Assembly: GCA_049969675.1 (NCBI GenBank) | Contig: JBMFOP010000015.1 | Coordinates: 1 to 40,910 of the forward strand | DNA length: 40,910 nt | Origin: Myxococcota bacterium | Lineage (GTDB): Bacteria; Myxococcota; SpSt-1050 | Reading direction: 5' to 3' | Shown: positions 18,472-29,014 of the stretch, piece after piece | How positions within the stretch are numbered: the first letter of the stretch is position 1 | Layout of the letters: the number at the start of each line of letters is the position of its first letter | Notes under the pieces: model-generated | What the model was told of the DNA's origin: nothing | The model's input: only the letters and a program-made list of their open reading frames with translations | Database searches by the model: none | Made by a program: the position numbers and the translations under genes

Positions 18472-19743
18472 TTAAATCAGTAAAATATATATTATTGTTT
18501 GCATTATTGTTAGGGGAATTCCAGTTCGTGCAAACTCAATAAAACTAATTGCCTCCTCACGCCTCTGTTCAAGGTTTTGAACAATTATTATATTACTTGC
18601 TGCCCCAAGTAGTAACATATTCCCGGCAATTGTAGATCCAGCCGCAAGTGCACATAAGAGTTCATACGAACCATTTTTCAGGAGAATCATTGGAAGAATC
18701 AATGCTACAAGTGGTACATTTGAAAGCACCTGACTTAAAAGGACGCTGATAATTATTATTGTATTTTTATCACCAATATTGCCACCACTCCTTTCAATCA
18801 TCTTCTGAATGAACCCAGAATCCCATACAGATTGCATCACTATAAACATTGCTGCAAAAAATATAAGCGTCTTATAGTCAGTATTCTTCATTATCTCCTT
18901 ACGTCTATTACTGAATGCAATAATTGGAATAGATGCACCAACAGAGATAAATGTAAGTCTGAGATTTATATGTAATGGGGTCAGAAATAAAATACTCTTT
19001 AATGTGATAAGACCTATCACAATCCCGAGTGAGATATTACAGAGCCTCATAAGTTCTCTATCTTTAATTGGCGGCACATCCAGAGGGTTGACAGGCTTTG
19101 AAAATTCCTTCATAAAGAAGAATCTCAAAACAAAAAATGAACATAATAAAGAAATAATAGTTGGAAATAATAAATATCTCAAAAATATAACAAATGGATT
19201 ACTCATCTCCGACCTGACAGCAACAAGTAAATTCTGGGGATTCCCTATAGGACTTAATACAGAGCCGGTGGTAACTCCTATTGCCAAAGTCATAGTCAGA
19301 AGTTTGAGTGAGATATTATTCTTTTTAGAGATTGAGATTATCAGTGGGACACCTATTATGGCGATTGTATCATTTAAGAGTAAGGCAGAAGAGATACCAG
19401 ATAGGATAAGAATAGAGAAGATCAATCCATCTACACTCTTTACTCTATTTACTGCCCTGCATGAGAGGAGCTCAATCAGTCCACTCTCCTCCATAGCCGA
19501 GCCGATAATAAACATCCCGAAGAGGAAAAGGATTACATCCATATCAATTGCAAGAATTGCCCTTTTTATAGAGATTGAACCAGTTATAAGAACAAGAACT
19601 GCACCTATGAGCATTATTTGATAGAGTTCAAAACGAAAATTCCCTATCCTTCTTACAGCAATCAGAAAAAATACCAGGAGCAGGACTATAATACTGAATG
19701 GCATAAGTGGGTCAGATATGAGATTAAATATCCATTTTTGCAA
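18472..19743 (-). CDS. ArsB/NhaD/SLC13-type anion permease
   Basis: Highly hydrophobic 423 aa with AIDMDVILFLFGM, SALLLND, SPIGNPQN, LSNVP and AGSTIAGN..LLGAASN motifs. Confidence 0.9.
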   Translation of the reverse strand: MQKWIFNLISDPLMPFSIIVLLLVFFLIAVRRIGNFRFELYQIMLIGAVLVLITGSISIKRAILAIDMDVILFLFGMFIIGSAMEESGLIELLSCRAVNRVKSVDGLIFSILILSGISSALLLNDTIAIIGVPLIISISKKNNISLKLLTMTLAIGVTTGSVLSPIGNPQNLLVAVRSEMSNPFVIFLRYLLFPTIISLLCSFFVLRFFFMKEFSKPVNPLDVPPIKDRELMRLCNISLGIVIGLITLKSILFLTPLHINLRLTFISVGASIPIIAFSNRRKEIMKNTDYKTLIFFAAMFIVMQSVWDSGFIQKMIERSGGNIGDKNTIIIISVLLSQVLSNVPLVALILPMILLKNGSYELLCALAAGSTIAGNMLLLGAASNIIIVQNLEQRREEAISFIEFARTGIPLTIMQTIIYILLI

Positions 19744-19752
19744 GTAAAATAA

Positions 19753-22506
19753 TTACTGGTTTTTATAGCAGGTAGAGTAGAATTCACAATAATCACAGCC
19801 TTTTGATTCAAGAGGAAAGAATGGGACATCTGGATTTATCAACTCCTCAAGTAAAAATTCAACAATACTGGTATATTCTGAAGTAGATTTACTGTTTTCT
19901 GGTATAGACTTAATTGCATTATCAATATCTAACCCTCTTAAGAATATAAATGAGGCAGTGAAATCTTTTGCCTTTTTATTAATTTTTTCATCATTTTTAG
20001 CAAGATAGATATAGAATGGGAGTTGAATATTATTATATTGTTTAACATAGTTTTCACGCCTTAAAATAAAATCTTTAATATTGTTTTTATCAAAATCATT
20101 TGGCTTTGCTGATGCTATCTTATAATTATCCTTCTTTGCAAGTTTATAATCTATTATATAAAATGCACTACCACCATTCTCAGATTTTAGGTCTAATCTA
20201 TCAAATCTACCTTTGAGTTGAAGTTTTTTATTGTTAATCTTTACCACAACTATATGCTCTTCCTCCAGTTCAATGATTTTTGATTTAAACAAATTAGAAT
20301 CACTTTGATATATCTTAATAAAGTTCTCCACTATGAGTTCAAGAATTGCACGATGAATACACAATGTATCACTCTTAAAGATTATCCTATTATTAAATTC
20401 TTTATCCAGTATCTTAAAAATCTTATCTTTATCAATCTTTTCAGGGGAATTCTTATTTTTGTAATCTTCAAAATATCTTTTGAGTGTTGAGTGAATAATA
20501 TTTCCGTAAATATTTGCATCAACCTCATCATCTATCTCCTCTTTTTTTCCGATCTTCAGAATATGATTGTAATAAAATTTTGCCGGGCAATTCAGATAAG
20601 TATTCAAAGTGGTTGCACTTATAGGTTGTTTAAATATCCTATCTATGAATTTATCTTTGGGGATTATCTGTGGCTCAGAGGTCATAAGGTTAATGGTATA
20701 GTAAAGGGTGGTCTCTTTTATCTCCTTCTCTTCCTTTTTCTGCTCAAAGATGTACCTCATGAGATATCTATTTTTTGTGAGTTTATTTTCAACTCTATAA
20801 AACACCGTGACATTTTCACTCTGGGCAAACAGGAGGTCAATAAAATAGAGTTTATAATTGTCATATTCGGAATGTGGAGGGATATCAAGCCTCTGTTTAA
20901 ATGAATAAGGAAGAAATGAATCCTCAAAAGAGGAATCAAAAAATATTTCATCATTGAAGTCCAGAATAAATACATCTTTAAATCTGATTGCACGTGATTC
21001 GTAGATACCCAGAACCTGCAAACCTTTCAGAGGAGAACCAGAGGGGGTTATGATAAGATTTGAAATAAAGTTATTAAACACAGATTTATATTCCGAACTT
21101 CTTATTGTTACATCTTTAATAGCAGATTCGGATAATCCCCTGAATCTCTCCAGTACCTTTGCCGCTTCAATGTGAAAATATCCATAATTTAATGCGCCTT
21201 TCTGATGTTCTGATATAAATGTGATTAAATTGCATATATATTCTGAGAAACTCCCTATTGTCTTTATATTCTTTCCCTTTTCAAAAACCTCCATTAGAAT
21301 ATTTATAAAGATTTTACTGGATTTGTAATCTTCTTTTAGATTATCAATATCAATATATTCACTAACCCTGTTCTCATTCTTTTTCCCTATATCGTTACTT
21401 ATTTTCATTATCTCTCTATCAAGTGATTGTATATATCTATGGTTTATAAATTTATAAAATTTGGCGGTCTTTACCTCTTTCAGATCATAAACACTCTCGG
21501 CAATCATATCAAAGAGCAGATTGAAGAACTCTGACATCTCCATCCCTGATAGCGATATCCCCATTGAGACATTAAAGGATTCCGGCCCCAATTCATTTAA
21601 TATCAGATTGTTGACCACTCTCAATGTAGAGCTATCCGGCAACATCAGAAGAGTATCCGGAGCATCATATCTCTTCTTTAATAGTCCCTTCAATTTAATC
21701 ACCTGGGCGTGAATATCTGGTGATTCATATATCCAGACCTCCTTATTGTGAAAATTAATTTTTGCATCCTCCAGATTTATTATCTCTCTCAATACTCTGA
21801 AATTGGTTAGATAAGGGCTCTTCTGATAGATCAGATATGCATTATTGAGTTTTGATATATTTTTAATAAATATGCCCTCCTTTTCAAAAAGGGGGATTAT
21901 ATTGACCAAAAAGACCTTTTCGTATTGAGCAAGTAAATCTGATAATCTGTCAGCATTAATATCTGATATAAGATTGAATATCTCAGATGAAATAGCCTTC
22001 TTCTTCATCCCAAGTTCTTTGTCTAAAGCAATGATTATGTCAATATATTGGGTGACGGTACCACAAATCTCTTTACCTCTATATTCATTTATAAAATTAT
22101 CTCTAATCTTATTGAGCCCCTTTATCTTTCCACCTTTTACAATTAAAGAGTAATCAAGAAAGATCTTTTGAGCAAATGGCAAAAATAGAGAAAGGTGCTG
22201 CCTATACTTCTTATATAAATCATTATCAACTTTTAAATTATAAAGGATGCCCAGAAGCTCAATCTCTGTTGCTATATCCGGTTTTAAGTTAGATTTTTCC
22301 AGTATAAACCCCATAAAGTCCTCAAAAGAGAAGACAGCTGGTGGCTCAAACGGTCTATTTATTTTCTCTGCAATCGCCTTAAATAGATACATCCTCGGTC
22401 TGTTGCCCGGAAAAACAAATAAATATCTTTTTAAATTATTCAAATCAATGTTATCAAGTAAATGACTTATAACATCGGTCTCGGGACTTAGATAAATTGT
22501 ATTCAT
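19753..22506 (-). CDS. addB: AddB-like inactive helicase + Fe-S PD-(D/E)XK nuclease
   Basis: VFPGNRP near the N-terminus, no Walker A, GLQVLGIYESR, ISATTLNTYLNCP, KGRFDRLD...IIDYK and C-terminal CDYCEFYSTC. Overlaps the addA stop (ATGA). Confidence 0.85.
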   Translation of the reverse strand: MNTIYLSPETDVISHLLDNIDLNNLKRYLFVFPGNRPRMYLFKAIAEKINRPFEPPAVFSFEDFMGFILEKSNLKPDIATEIELLGILYNLKVDNDLYKKYRQHLSLFLPFAQKIFLDYSLIVKGGKIKGLNKIRDNFINEYRGKEICGTVTQYIDIIIALDKELGMKKKAISSEIFNLISDINADRLSDLLAQYEKVFLVNIIPLFEKEGIFIKNISKLNNAYLIYQKSPYLTNFRVLREIINLEDAKINFHNKEVWIYESPDIHAQVIKLKGLLKKRYDAPDTLLMLPDSSTLRVVNNLILNELGPESFNVSMGISLSGMEMSEFFNLLFDMIAESVYDLKEVKTAKFYKFINHRYIQSLDREIMKISNDIGKKNENRVSEYIDIDNLKEDYKSSKIFINILMEVFEKGKNIKTIGSFSEYICNLITFISEHQKGALNYGYFHIEAAKVLERFRGLSESAIKDVTIRSSEYKSVFNNFISNLIITPSGSPLKGLQVLGIYESRAIRFKDVFILDFNDEIFFDSSFEDSFLPYSFKQRLDIPPHSEYDNYKLYFIDLLFAQSENVTVFYRVENKLTKNRYLMRYIFEQKKEEKEIKETTLYYTINLMTSEPQIIPKDKFIDRIFKQPISATTLNTYLNCPAKFYYNHILKIGKKEEIDDEVDANIYGNIIHSTLKRYFEDYKNKNSPEKIDKDKIFKILDKEFNNRIIFKSDTLCIHRAILELIVENFIKIYQSDSNLFKSKIIELEEEHIVVVKINNKKLQLKGRFDRLDLKSENGGSAFYIIDYKLAKKDNYKIASAKPNDFDKNNIKDFILRRENYVKQYNNIQLPFYIYLAKNDEKINKKAKDFTASFIFLRGLDIDNAIKSIPENSKSTSEYTSIVEFLLEELINPDVPFFPLESKGCDYCEFYSTCYKNQ

Positions 22507-25500
22507 ATCTCCTCAACCTCACCAGAATTAAGATAAAATATTCTCCCTTCTGTCTTTTTCCCTGTCAGACTTTGCACAATGCTTATATAGTTTTTTACCT
22601 GCGCGAGGTATTCTCTCCTCTCCTCACCAGAAGGGTTACCACTTTTGTAGTCAATTACATATGCCCTGTCTCTATCTATAATTACTCTATCAGCCCTATA
22701 AAGATTTCCGGATCCGTCCACAAATTCCATCTCATTTTTAACAACTCTGTCAGACCTCTCTTCAAATATCCATCTCATCTTATCATTTTTGAGCATATTC
22801 TTAATAGCAGCGACTATTACATCTTTATTTGTTATCTCAATACCATCTCTTCTGATTGCATCCATTGCCTGTTGAATCTGATAGTCAACTGACCCATCAT
22901 TGATAAAGAGAATTTTTGAAAGGATATTGTGAATTACTGTTCCATACCTTGCCTGCTCATCCCTATTTAGAAAACTCTGAAGATATATGTTCTTAAATTC
23001 TGGTATTTTAAAGGTTTCAATATCTATTTCTTTCAAATCTTCACTCTTTAATTGCTTTTTGCCGTGTTTACCGAAAGAAAATTGGTATCTGAATATTTCT
23101 TTGTCTTCAAGATTATCATTTTTAAAGACCTTCTTAATTTTTAGATAATTGTATATAAGTGAGGTAAACAGGCACTTTGTTTCAGCATTTGAATTCCCGG
23201 TATTATATAGAAAGATATAAAGTTCATCAATGGCGCGTGTCAATGCCACATAATGCTGATTAATTTTATCTACATTATAGTTTATCTTTTCCTGTCTTTC
23301 AATATCGTCTTTATCAATCTTAAGAGATGAATAGGATATTGCAAGTAAATCATTGTCATTCAATTCGCATATATAATGTTTATCATTATATTGTAATATC
23401 GTCATCTCCTTATTGTCTTTACTTTTGGTTCTTGGCACAATGTAAAAGACAATGGGGAATTCAAGTCCTTTTGTTTTGTGGATGGTGGAGACGGTTACTG
23501 CATCAACAGATTCCGGTATATTCATCTCCCATAGACTTAAAGTCTCCAAATATGTCTGTTCACCCTTATCTTCAAACTCTTCAATAAATGTCTTTATTGT
23601 ATTATCTTTCTCAGTCTCAATCTTGATGGCTGCATCAAGAAGAGTCATATATGCTGCCTGTTCATTCTTTAAAGAGGTTATATCAAATACTCTGTATATC
23701 AATGTAAGGGCATCATATGCGGTTAAAGAATTAAAATTTTCAAAGATGTCTGCAAATATCTCTTTATATATCTTAGAATTCCTATCAAACTCAAATTGCT
23801 GTGGGTTATTTTCAAAATTTGTTATTATTTTATTGTATTCATCAGAGAGACATAATGATTCTGCCCTGTTTCGCAACAAATTACTCTTCAAAAATTGATA
23901 GAGACTTATATAATCCTTATTGTCAAATGCATATTTCATAATTGAAACTATCTCCTTTGAGATATTCCTCTCTCTTGCATCAATGCTGCTATTTGACTTA
24001 AATGGTATCTTACTGTTGGAGAGATGTATTGCTATCTCCTGAACATTATTATTTGAAAATGTCAGCAGGGCTATATCTTTATACTGATAGCCGCTCTTTC
24101 TTAGATCTTTTATCCTCTGCAAAATATCTTCGAATATCTGAGATATATCATAGTATCTAAAAGCATCTTTATTTTTATCTAATCTATCGTGTTTATTGTT
24201 TATCTCTAAAAAATTGATACCATATGTATTTATCTCAACATATCCACCATCTTTTAAGGATTTGATTGTATGTTGATTTATTGCACCTGCTTTTTTGAAT
24301 GCCTCACATAAAATATCATTGTTCTCCTTATCATCTTTTTTATCAGAAAAATGGATGGTTTTACATATATCTTCTATGCTACTTCCACTCCCATCGGTGG
24401 TAGGAAAAAGTTCACCGATGAAATTTACAATCTCTTTTCTGCTTCTATAATTTTTATTGAGAGAATGAATATTGCTGCCCTTTAATTCTATTAATCTTGA
24501 GAGGCTCCTATAATCGCCCCCTCTAAATCTATATATTGACTGCTTTGTATCCCCTACAACAATTACTTCCCCCTGCCTTTTTAAGACATAGTCAAAGAGA
24601 GGTTTTAATACCATCAGTTGTTCAAATGATGTATCCTGAAACTCGTCAATAACAAAGAGGTTGATATCTTTCCCCAGCCTCAAAGATAATTCATCTGAAT
24701 CTGTAATTGAATTTATAAGTTCATAATAAATACTCTTTAATGGTAGTTCATATAGAGATTCTTTTACTCTCTGATAATAGTCAATAAACATTTTATAGAA
24801 GACCGATATTTCTGAATATCTTTTAATTTTCTGAAGAATCTGTATATCTGCTGATAAATCAAAAATTTTTAAAATATCATATCTAATTTTATCCTCTACA
24901 GACTTATTCTTAAATATACGCTTATTTTTGTCTCTGATCTGTATTTTTAGAATTTCATTATGTTCTATGCTTTCATTTATATTTTTTAAATAATTTAAGA
25001 ATTGATAATTCAATTCATTAGCAATAGCATCATTATTGATAATTTTTTTTACGAGATTGCCCAATTCTTTTACCTTTTTATCAATGATTTTCTCATCTAT
25101 CTCTGTTTCAAATATATTTATGTCATTGGTCTTAAGGTGAAGTGAATATATCATTAAAAACTTATTTTTTATTGTGTTAATCGGGTTTGTATTTATTTGT
25201 TCGGTACTAATTTTCCAGAATAAATTCTTTATTATCTCAATCTTTTCATTTTGAGGTTTCTTTGAAAACTCAGAGTTATTTATGAGAGATTCTATTATTA
25301 AATTTTTATAAAACTCCTCATCATCAAGCAGTACTTTTACATCCATTGGTAGATTCGTCTTATCCAGATATGCCTTAAGGAGCCTTACTGCCATTGAATC
25401 TATTGTCCCTATTGTAAGAGATGAATAATTGTTGAGTATGTTGAGCAGTATCGTCTCTATATCCGCCCGCTTCTTACCTTTTGCTATATTATCATAAACA

Positions 25501-25769
25501 TCTTTATACACTGGATCATTTCTTAATTTCTCTGTATCTTTATCTTTTGTTGCCGCAAGTTTTATTAGATACTCTATAACCCTCTCCTTCATCTCACGGG
25601 CAGCGGCATTGGTAAATGTAATGGCACTAAAATCAGAGGAGCTTTTATCAAATATATATTTTAACTCCTCTTTGGTGATAGTGTGTGTCTTCCCGGTCCC
25701 CGCTGAGGCAGAATAGACTATAAAATTATCCTTTGTACCATAAGTCTCTATTATCTCCTTAAAATCCAT
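22503..25769 (-). CDS. addA: AddA-like UvrD helicase-nuclease
   Basis: ASAGTGKT, AITFTNAAAREMKERV, IDEFQDTS, VGDTKQSIYRFRG, NYRS, TIHKTKGLEFP and YVALTRA. C-terminal RecB-type nuclease G..IH...RADR...IDYKSG. Confidence 0.9.
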   Translation of the reverse strand: MDFKEIIETYGTKDNFIVYSASAGTGKTHTITKEELKYIFDKSSSDFSAITFTNAAAREMKERVIEYLIKLAATKDKDTEKLRNDPVYKDVYDNIAKGKKRADIETILLNILNNYSSLTIGTIDSMAVRLLKAYLDKTNLPMDVKVLLDDEEFYKNLIIESLINNSEFSKKPQNEKIEIIKNLFWKISTEQINTNPINTIKNKFLMIYSLHLKTNDINIFETEIDEKIIDKKVKELGNLVKKIINNDAIANELNYQFLNYLKNINESIEHNEILKIQIRDKNKRIFKNKSVEDKIRYDILKIFDLSADIQILQKIKRYSEISVFYKMFIDYYQRVKESLYELPLKSIYYELINSITDSDELSLRLGKDINLFVIDEFQDTSFEQLMVLKPLFDYVLKRQGEVIVVGDTKQSIYRFRGGDYRSLSRLIELKGSNIHSLNKNYRSRKEIVNFIGELFPTTDGSGSSIEDICKTIHFSDKKDDKENNDILCEAFKKAGAINQHTIKSLKDGGYVEINTYGINFLEINNKHDRLDKNKDAFRYYDISQIFEDILQRIKDLRKSGYQYKDIALLTFSNNNVQEIAIHLSNSKIPFKSNSSIDARERNISKEIVSIMKYAFDNKDYISLYQFLKSNLLRNRAESLCLSDEYNKIITNFENNPQQFEFDRNSKIYKEIFADIFENFNSLTAYDALTLIYRVFDITSLKNEQAAYMTLLDAAIKIETEKDNTIKTFIEEFEDKGEQTYLETLSLWEMNIPESVDAVTVSTIHKTKGLEFPIVFYIVPRTKSKDNKEMTILQYNDKHYICELNDNDLLAISYSSLKIDKDDIERQEKINYNVDKINQHYVALTRAIDELYIFLYNTGNSNAETKCLFTSLIYNYLKIKKVFKNDNLEDKEIFRYQFSFGKHGKKQLKSEDLKEIDIETFKIPEFKNIYLQSFLNRDEQARYGTVIHNILSKILFINDGSVDYQIQQAMDAIRRDGIEITNKDVIVAAIKNMLKNDKMRWIFEERSDRVVKNEMEFVDGSGNLYRADRVIIDRDRAYVIDYKSGNPSGEERREYLAQVKNYISIVQSLTGKKTEGRIFYLNSGEVEEI

Positions 25770-25786
25770 TTTATTACCCCTTATTA

Positions 25787-26443
25787 TTATTTTATTTTAA
25801 TCCATCCCTTCTGTGCAGCCTTCTTTACAAGTGATATTGCATCGTGCACATCTAATTTCCGCATAATATTTGAACGGTGTACATCTACTGTCTTGGCAGA
25901 AATATTCAAAACTGATGCAATCTCCTTATTACTTTTACCCTCCGCGATAAGTGCAAGGACATCTTTCTCTCTGGGTGTCAGAATATCATCACTCTCCTTA
26001 AGACTCTTATCTTTTAGTCTCTGCATAACCTCATTAATGGTAGCCTCTCCGAATCTTTTATCTATATATAACTGATGTTTATACACTGTATTAATAGCCT
26101 TTATCATCTCCTCAATTGAACCCTCCTTGATCAGATACCCCTTTGCCCCAGCCTTGAGCGATGAGATGAGATACTCCTTATCGTTATACATAGTAAGGAT
26201 GAGAATCGCTATCCTTGGGTCAGCCTGTATAATCATCTTTGAAAGGGCGATGCCATTGATATCCGGGAGAGAAATATCCATTATAATAATGTCTGGACTC
26301 AACTGCTTTGCTAATTTCAAAACCTCTTCACCATTTGACGCCTCACCAACTATCTCTATATTTGATTGTCTTAAGAGCAATAACTTTAAGCCCTCTCTAA
26401 GTATCGTGTGGTCATCACATAGGACAATCCTTATCCTGTTCAT
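25787..26443 (-). CDS. NarL/LuxR-family response regulator
   Basis: REC domain (CDDH, MDISLP) plus LuxR HTH (LTPREKDVL..IAEG.SNKEIA..L.IS.KTV..HR.NIMRKL). Confidence 0.95.
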   Translation of the reverse strand: MNRIRIVLCDDHTILREGLKLLLLRQSNIEIVGEASNGEEVLKLAKQLSPDIIIMDISLPDINGIALSKMIIQADPRIAILILTMYNDKEYLISSLKAGAKGYLIKEGSIEEMIKAINTVYKHQLYIDKRFGEATINEVMQRLKDKSLKESDDILTPREKDVLALIAEGKSNKEIASVLNISAKTVDVHRSNIMRKLDVHDAISLVKKAAQKGWIKIK

Positions 26444-28491
26444 TTTCTTATCTCCAGAATTATAGATGTGCCCGTCTCCCTATCCGAATTAATTTTTAAA
26501 TTCCCGCCAATTGATAGTGCCCGCTCTTTCATACCTATTATACCTATTCCTTTATGCATCTCACCATTTAATGGAAATCCAGCCCCATTATCTGTTATCT
26601 CCATAAAGAAGCTACTATCGTTCTCGTACAGAAATATATTTGCCTCGGTCGCTTTTGAGTGTTTAAGAATATTTGTAATCGCCTCCTGAGCAATTCTAAA
26701 TATCTGAACCTGAATATTGTAGGGAAAATTTATGGGAGAATTTAAATTTGTCCCAAGATTTATACGAATATCATCACACCTTGAATGTTCAATGAGCCAT
26801 CTGAGTGCAGATATAAGTCCCATATCTTCAAGTGTCGGCGGACGCAATTCGTACGAGAGCCTTCTGATATCCTCCTGAATCTGATTGATAATCTCCTGAC
26901 TCTTTATAAACAGGTTATTCTGTGCCAGTCTACTATCCTGTCCAAGCATTGAGATATTTAGATTGAGTGCATAAATAAGCTGACCCAGTGAATCGTGAAT
27001 CTCCTTTGCTATCCTCTTCTTTTCATCTTCCTGTGCACTTATCAATTTGCTTGAAAGACGGGAGAGCTCATACTCCCTTCTCTGTAGCTCCTCCTTAAAT
27101 TCATAGTTGTTGAGTATAGAACCAATAAATATTGAGATAGAAGACCATAAAGAGAGGTCATCATCTGTTGGGATAATCCTTGATCTTATGGAGAATGCAA
27201 CAAATACTCCCATCTCCCTTTCACCCTCCTTGATCGCAGAGATAAATAATGAACGAACGCCACAACCAATCAAATGTTCTATAACCGACCTATCAAACAG
27301 AGAGGATTCAGATATCTCTTCTATAAAGATGAAATCCTTTTTTTGGAGTGCAGAGAGCATTGTATCAAGTAGCAGAGAATCGGTTGAATCTATCTGACAT
27401 CCCTTCTGAAAATCTAAATCCCTTAGATTGTGAAGGACATTTATTTTGTCATTTTTCTTATATAGAATTGCAATACCGTCAAAATTTGTAATCTTAAAAA
27501 GTTCCCTTCCGGTTTCTCTGAAGAGTTCCTTAAAACCAAGATTTTTTAAGAAGAAGAGCCCGGTATTATATAGGAGATTCAGGCCCTGATTCTGTCTTAT
27601 TACCCTTAATCTGATCTGCTCTGTTGAACAAAATAACATAGCATTCTGAACGGATATACCTATCTGGTGTGCGAGGGTCTCAAGAATGGATGCCTCATCA
27701 ATCATTAGACTTTGTGACTCTTTTCTGGCAAAGATTATGAAACCCAATATCTCACCTTTAACCACAATAGGAACTGAGACAAGAGAGAAGGCATCAAGTA
27801 GCGTCAGTAGTTCAGCCTCCTTCTCAGTAATTTCATTTAATGCGCGCTCGTTTATAAGAATCGTCTTGAATTTATCTTTTGTCCAGTTTATGATTCTCCC
27901 ATTATTAAATGTATTCTCAATCTCTGAGATCTGATTTTGTGTCAATGGCTTAATGGAGTAATATGCCCTGATTCGCAATATCTTTGTGGCATCGGGTAAT
28001 AGCAGAAAGCCAGAAGGGAAATTAAATATCTTACAACTTTCTGTAATGGTGACCTTTGTAATATGCTCCAGATTAAATGAACTGCTTGTAAGTTGATGAA
28101 TCTTTATCAGGCAGGATAGTTCTCTATTTATCCTATTGAGTTCTTCAAATGCCTCAGCCCTCCTTGTAATATCTGAAAACGATAGGATAAAATAATCTGT
28201 GGTAGGCTGCCTTGTGATGTTGACCTCATACTTTCTCCTCGTTCCATTGATAGATGTCCAGAATGCGAAGGGATAAGGGACACCCGCATATCCCTCATTT
28301 GAGAGCTCAATCGCCTTAAGGAATGGTTCTTTATATCCCTCCTCAGGAAGTTGCGAAATATTGGCCACATCCTGACAGTCAAAGAGATTCTGAAATTGAT
28401 GGTTTGAGAGAAGAATATTCCCTGTCTTATCGCACAGGCATAAGGCGATACCAGCCTCGTCAAAAATAGATTTATAATCAAAATTGAGCAT
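26440..28491 (-). CDS. Cytoplasmic PAS-GAF-GAF HisKA_3 sensor histidine kinase
   Basis: N-terminal PAS-like region, two GAF-like regions, H-box QEDEKKRIAKEIHDSLGQ, N-box QEAITNILKH and DNGAGF...GIGIIGMKERA. No obvious TM segment. Confidence 0.9.
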   Translation of the reverse strand: MLNFDYKSIFDEAGIALCLCDKTGNILLSNHQFQNLFDCQDVANISQLPEEGYKEPFLKAIELSNEGYAGVPYPFAFWTSINGTRRKYEVNITRQPTTDYFILSFSDITRRAEAFEELNRINRELSCLIKIHQLTSSSFNLEHITKVTITESCKIFNFPSGFLLLPDATKILRIRAYYSIKPLTQNQISEIENTFNNGRIINWTKDKFKTILINERALNEITEKEAELLTLLDAFSLVSVPIVVKGEILGFIIFARKESQSLMIDEASILETLAHQIGISVQNAMLFCSTEQIRLRVIRQNQGLNLLYNTGLFFLKNLGFKELFRETGRELFKITNFDGIAILYKKNDKINVLHNLRDLDFQKGCQIDSTDSLLLDTMLSALQKKDFIFIEEISESSLFDRSVIEHLIGCGVRSLFISAIKEGEREMGVFVAFSIRSRIIPTDDDLSLWSSISIFIGSILNNYEFKEELQRREYELSRLSSKLISAQEDEKKRIAKEIHDSLGQLIYALNLNISMLGQDSRLAQNNLFIKSQEIINQIQEDIRRLSYELRPPTLEDMGLISALRWLIEHSRCDDIRINLGTNLNSPINFPYNIQVQIFRIAQEAITNILKHSKATEANIFLYENDSSFFMEITDNGAGFPLNGEMHKGIGIIGMKERALSIGGNLKINSDRETGTSIILEIRK

Positions 28492-28563
28492 CTTGAAATA
28501 TTGTGATTAAGAGAATCAGGTATCTATCCAAAGATATTCCCCTAAATAAAGTCAGATAAATAA

Positions 28564-28998
28564 TTAGAATGGGATATCTTCATCTTCAACAGGCACATCA
28601 ATCTCTTCAGGGGCTGGCTCCTTCTCCTCAGGGGCCGACGCGGCTTTGGGCAATTCAGCCCCCTGCTGCGCCGAACCAAGAAAAACCACCTGTGAGGCTA
28701 TAACCTCCGTCTTATATCTCTTCTGTCCACTCTTATCTGTATAAGAACGGGTCGCAAGCCTCCCTTCAACATATATCTGCCTTCCGGTGGTCAGATAATC
28801 TTTGCAGATCTCCGCAAGTTTACCCCATACAACTATAGAATGCCATTCTGTTCTCTCAGTCCTCTGCCCATCTTTACCTGTCCAGACCTCCTGAGTTGCC
28901 AGCGAGAAATTAACCACGGGCTTTCTATCCTGTGTATATCTCAGTTCAGGGTCTCTTCCTAAATTCCCTATAAGAATCACCTTATTTACACTTCCCAT
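28564..28998 (-). CDS. ssb: Single-stranded DNA-binding protein
   Basis: [21 protein letters not shown]...TEWH...YVEGRL and C-terminal EDIPF. ATG at 28998 has a GGAGG SD (the ORF-track start at 29025 is too far upstream). Confidence 0.97.
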   Translation of the reverse strand: MGSVNKVILIGNLGRDPELRYTQDRKPVVNFSLATQEVWTGKDGQRTERTEWHSIVVWGKLAEICKDYLTTGRQIYVEGRLATRSYTDKSGQKRYKTEVIASQVVFLGSAQQGAELPKAASAPEEKEPAPEEIDVPVEDEDIPF

Positions 28999-29014
28999 TT
29001 TAGCCTCCTGAAAA

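Noticed and set aside
15656..19621. Longer antisense ORFs (15656-16138, 16764-17282, 19004-19621)
   Set aside because: They are shadows of well-supported genes on the opposite strand and have no motifs or SD.
19753..25769. Cas4/CRISPR or anti-phage helicase-nuclease system
   Set aside because: Architecture and sizes fit AddAB, and no repeat array or cas1/cas2 is present.
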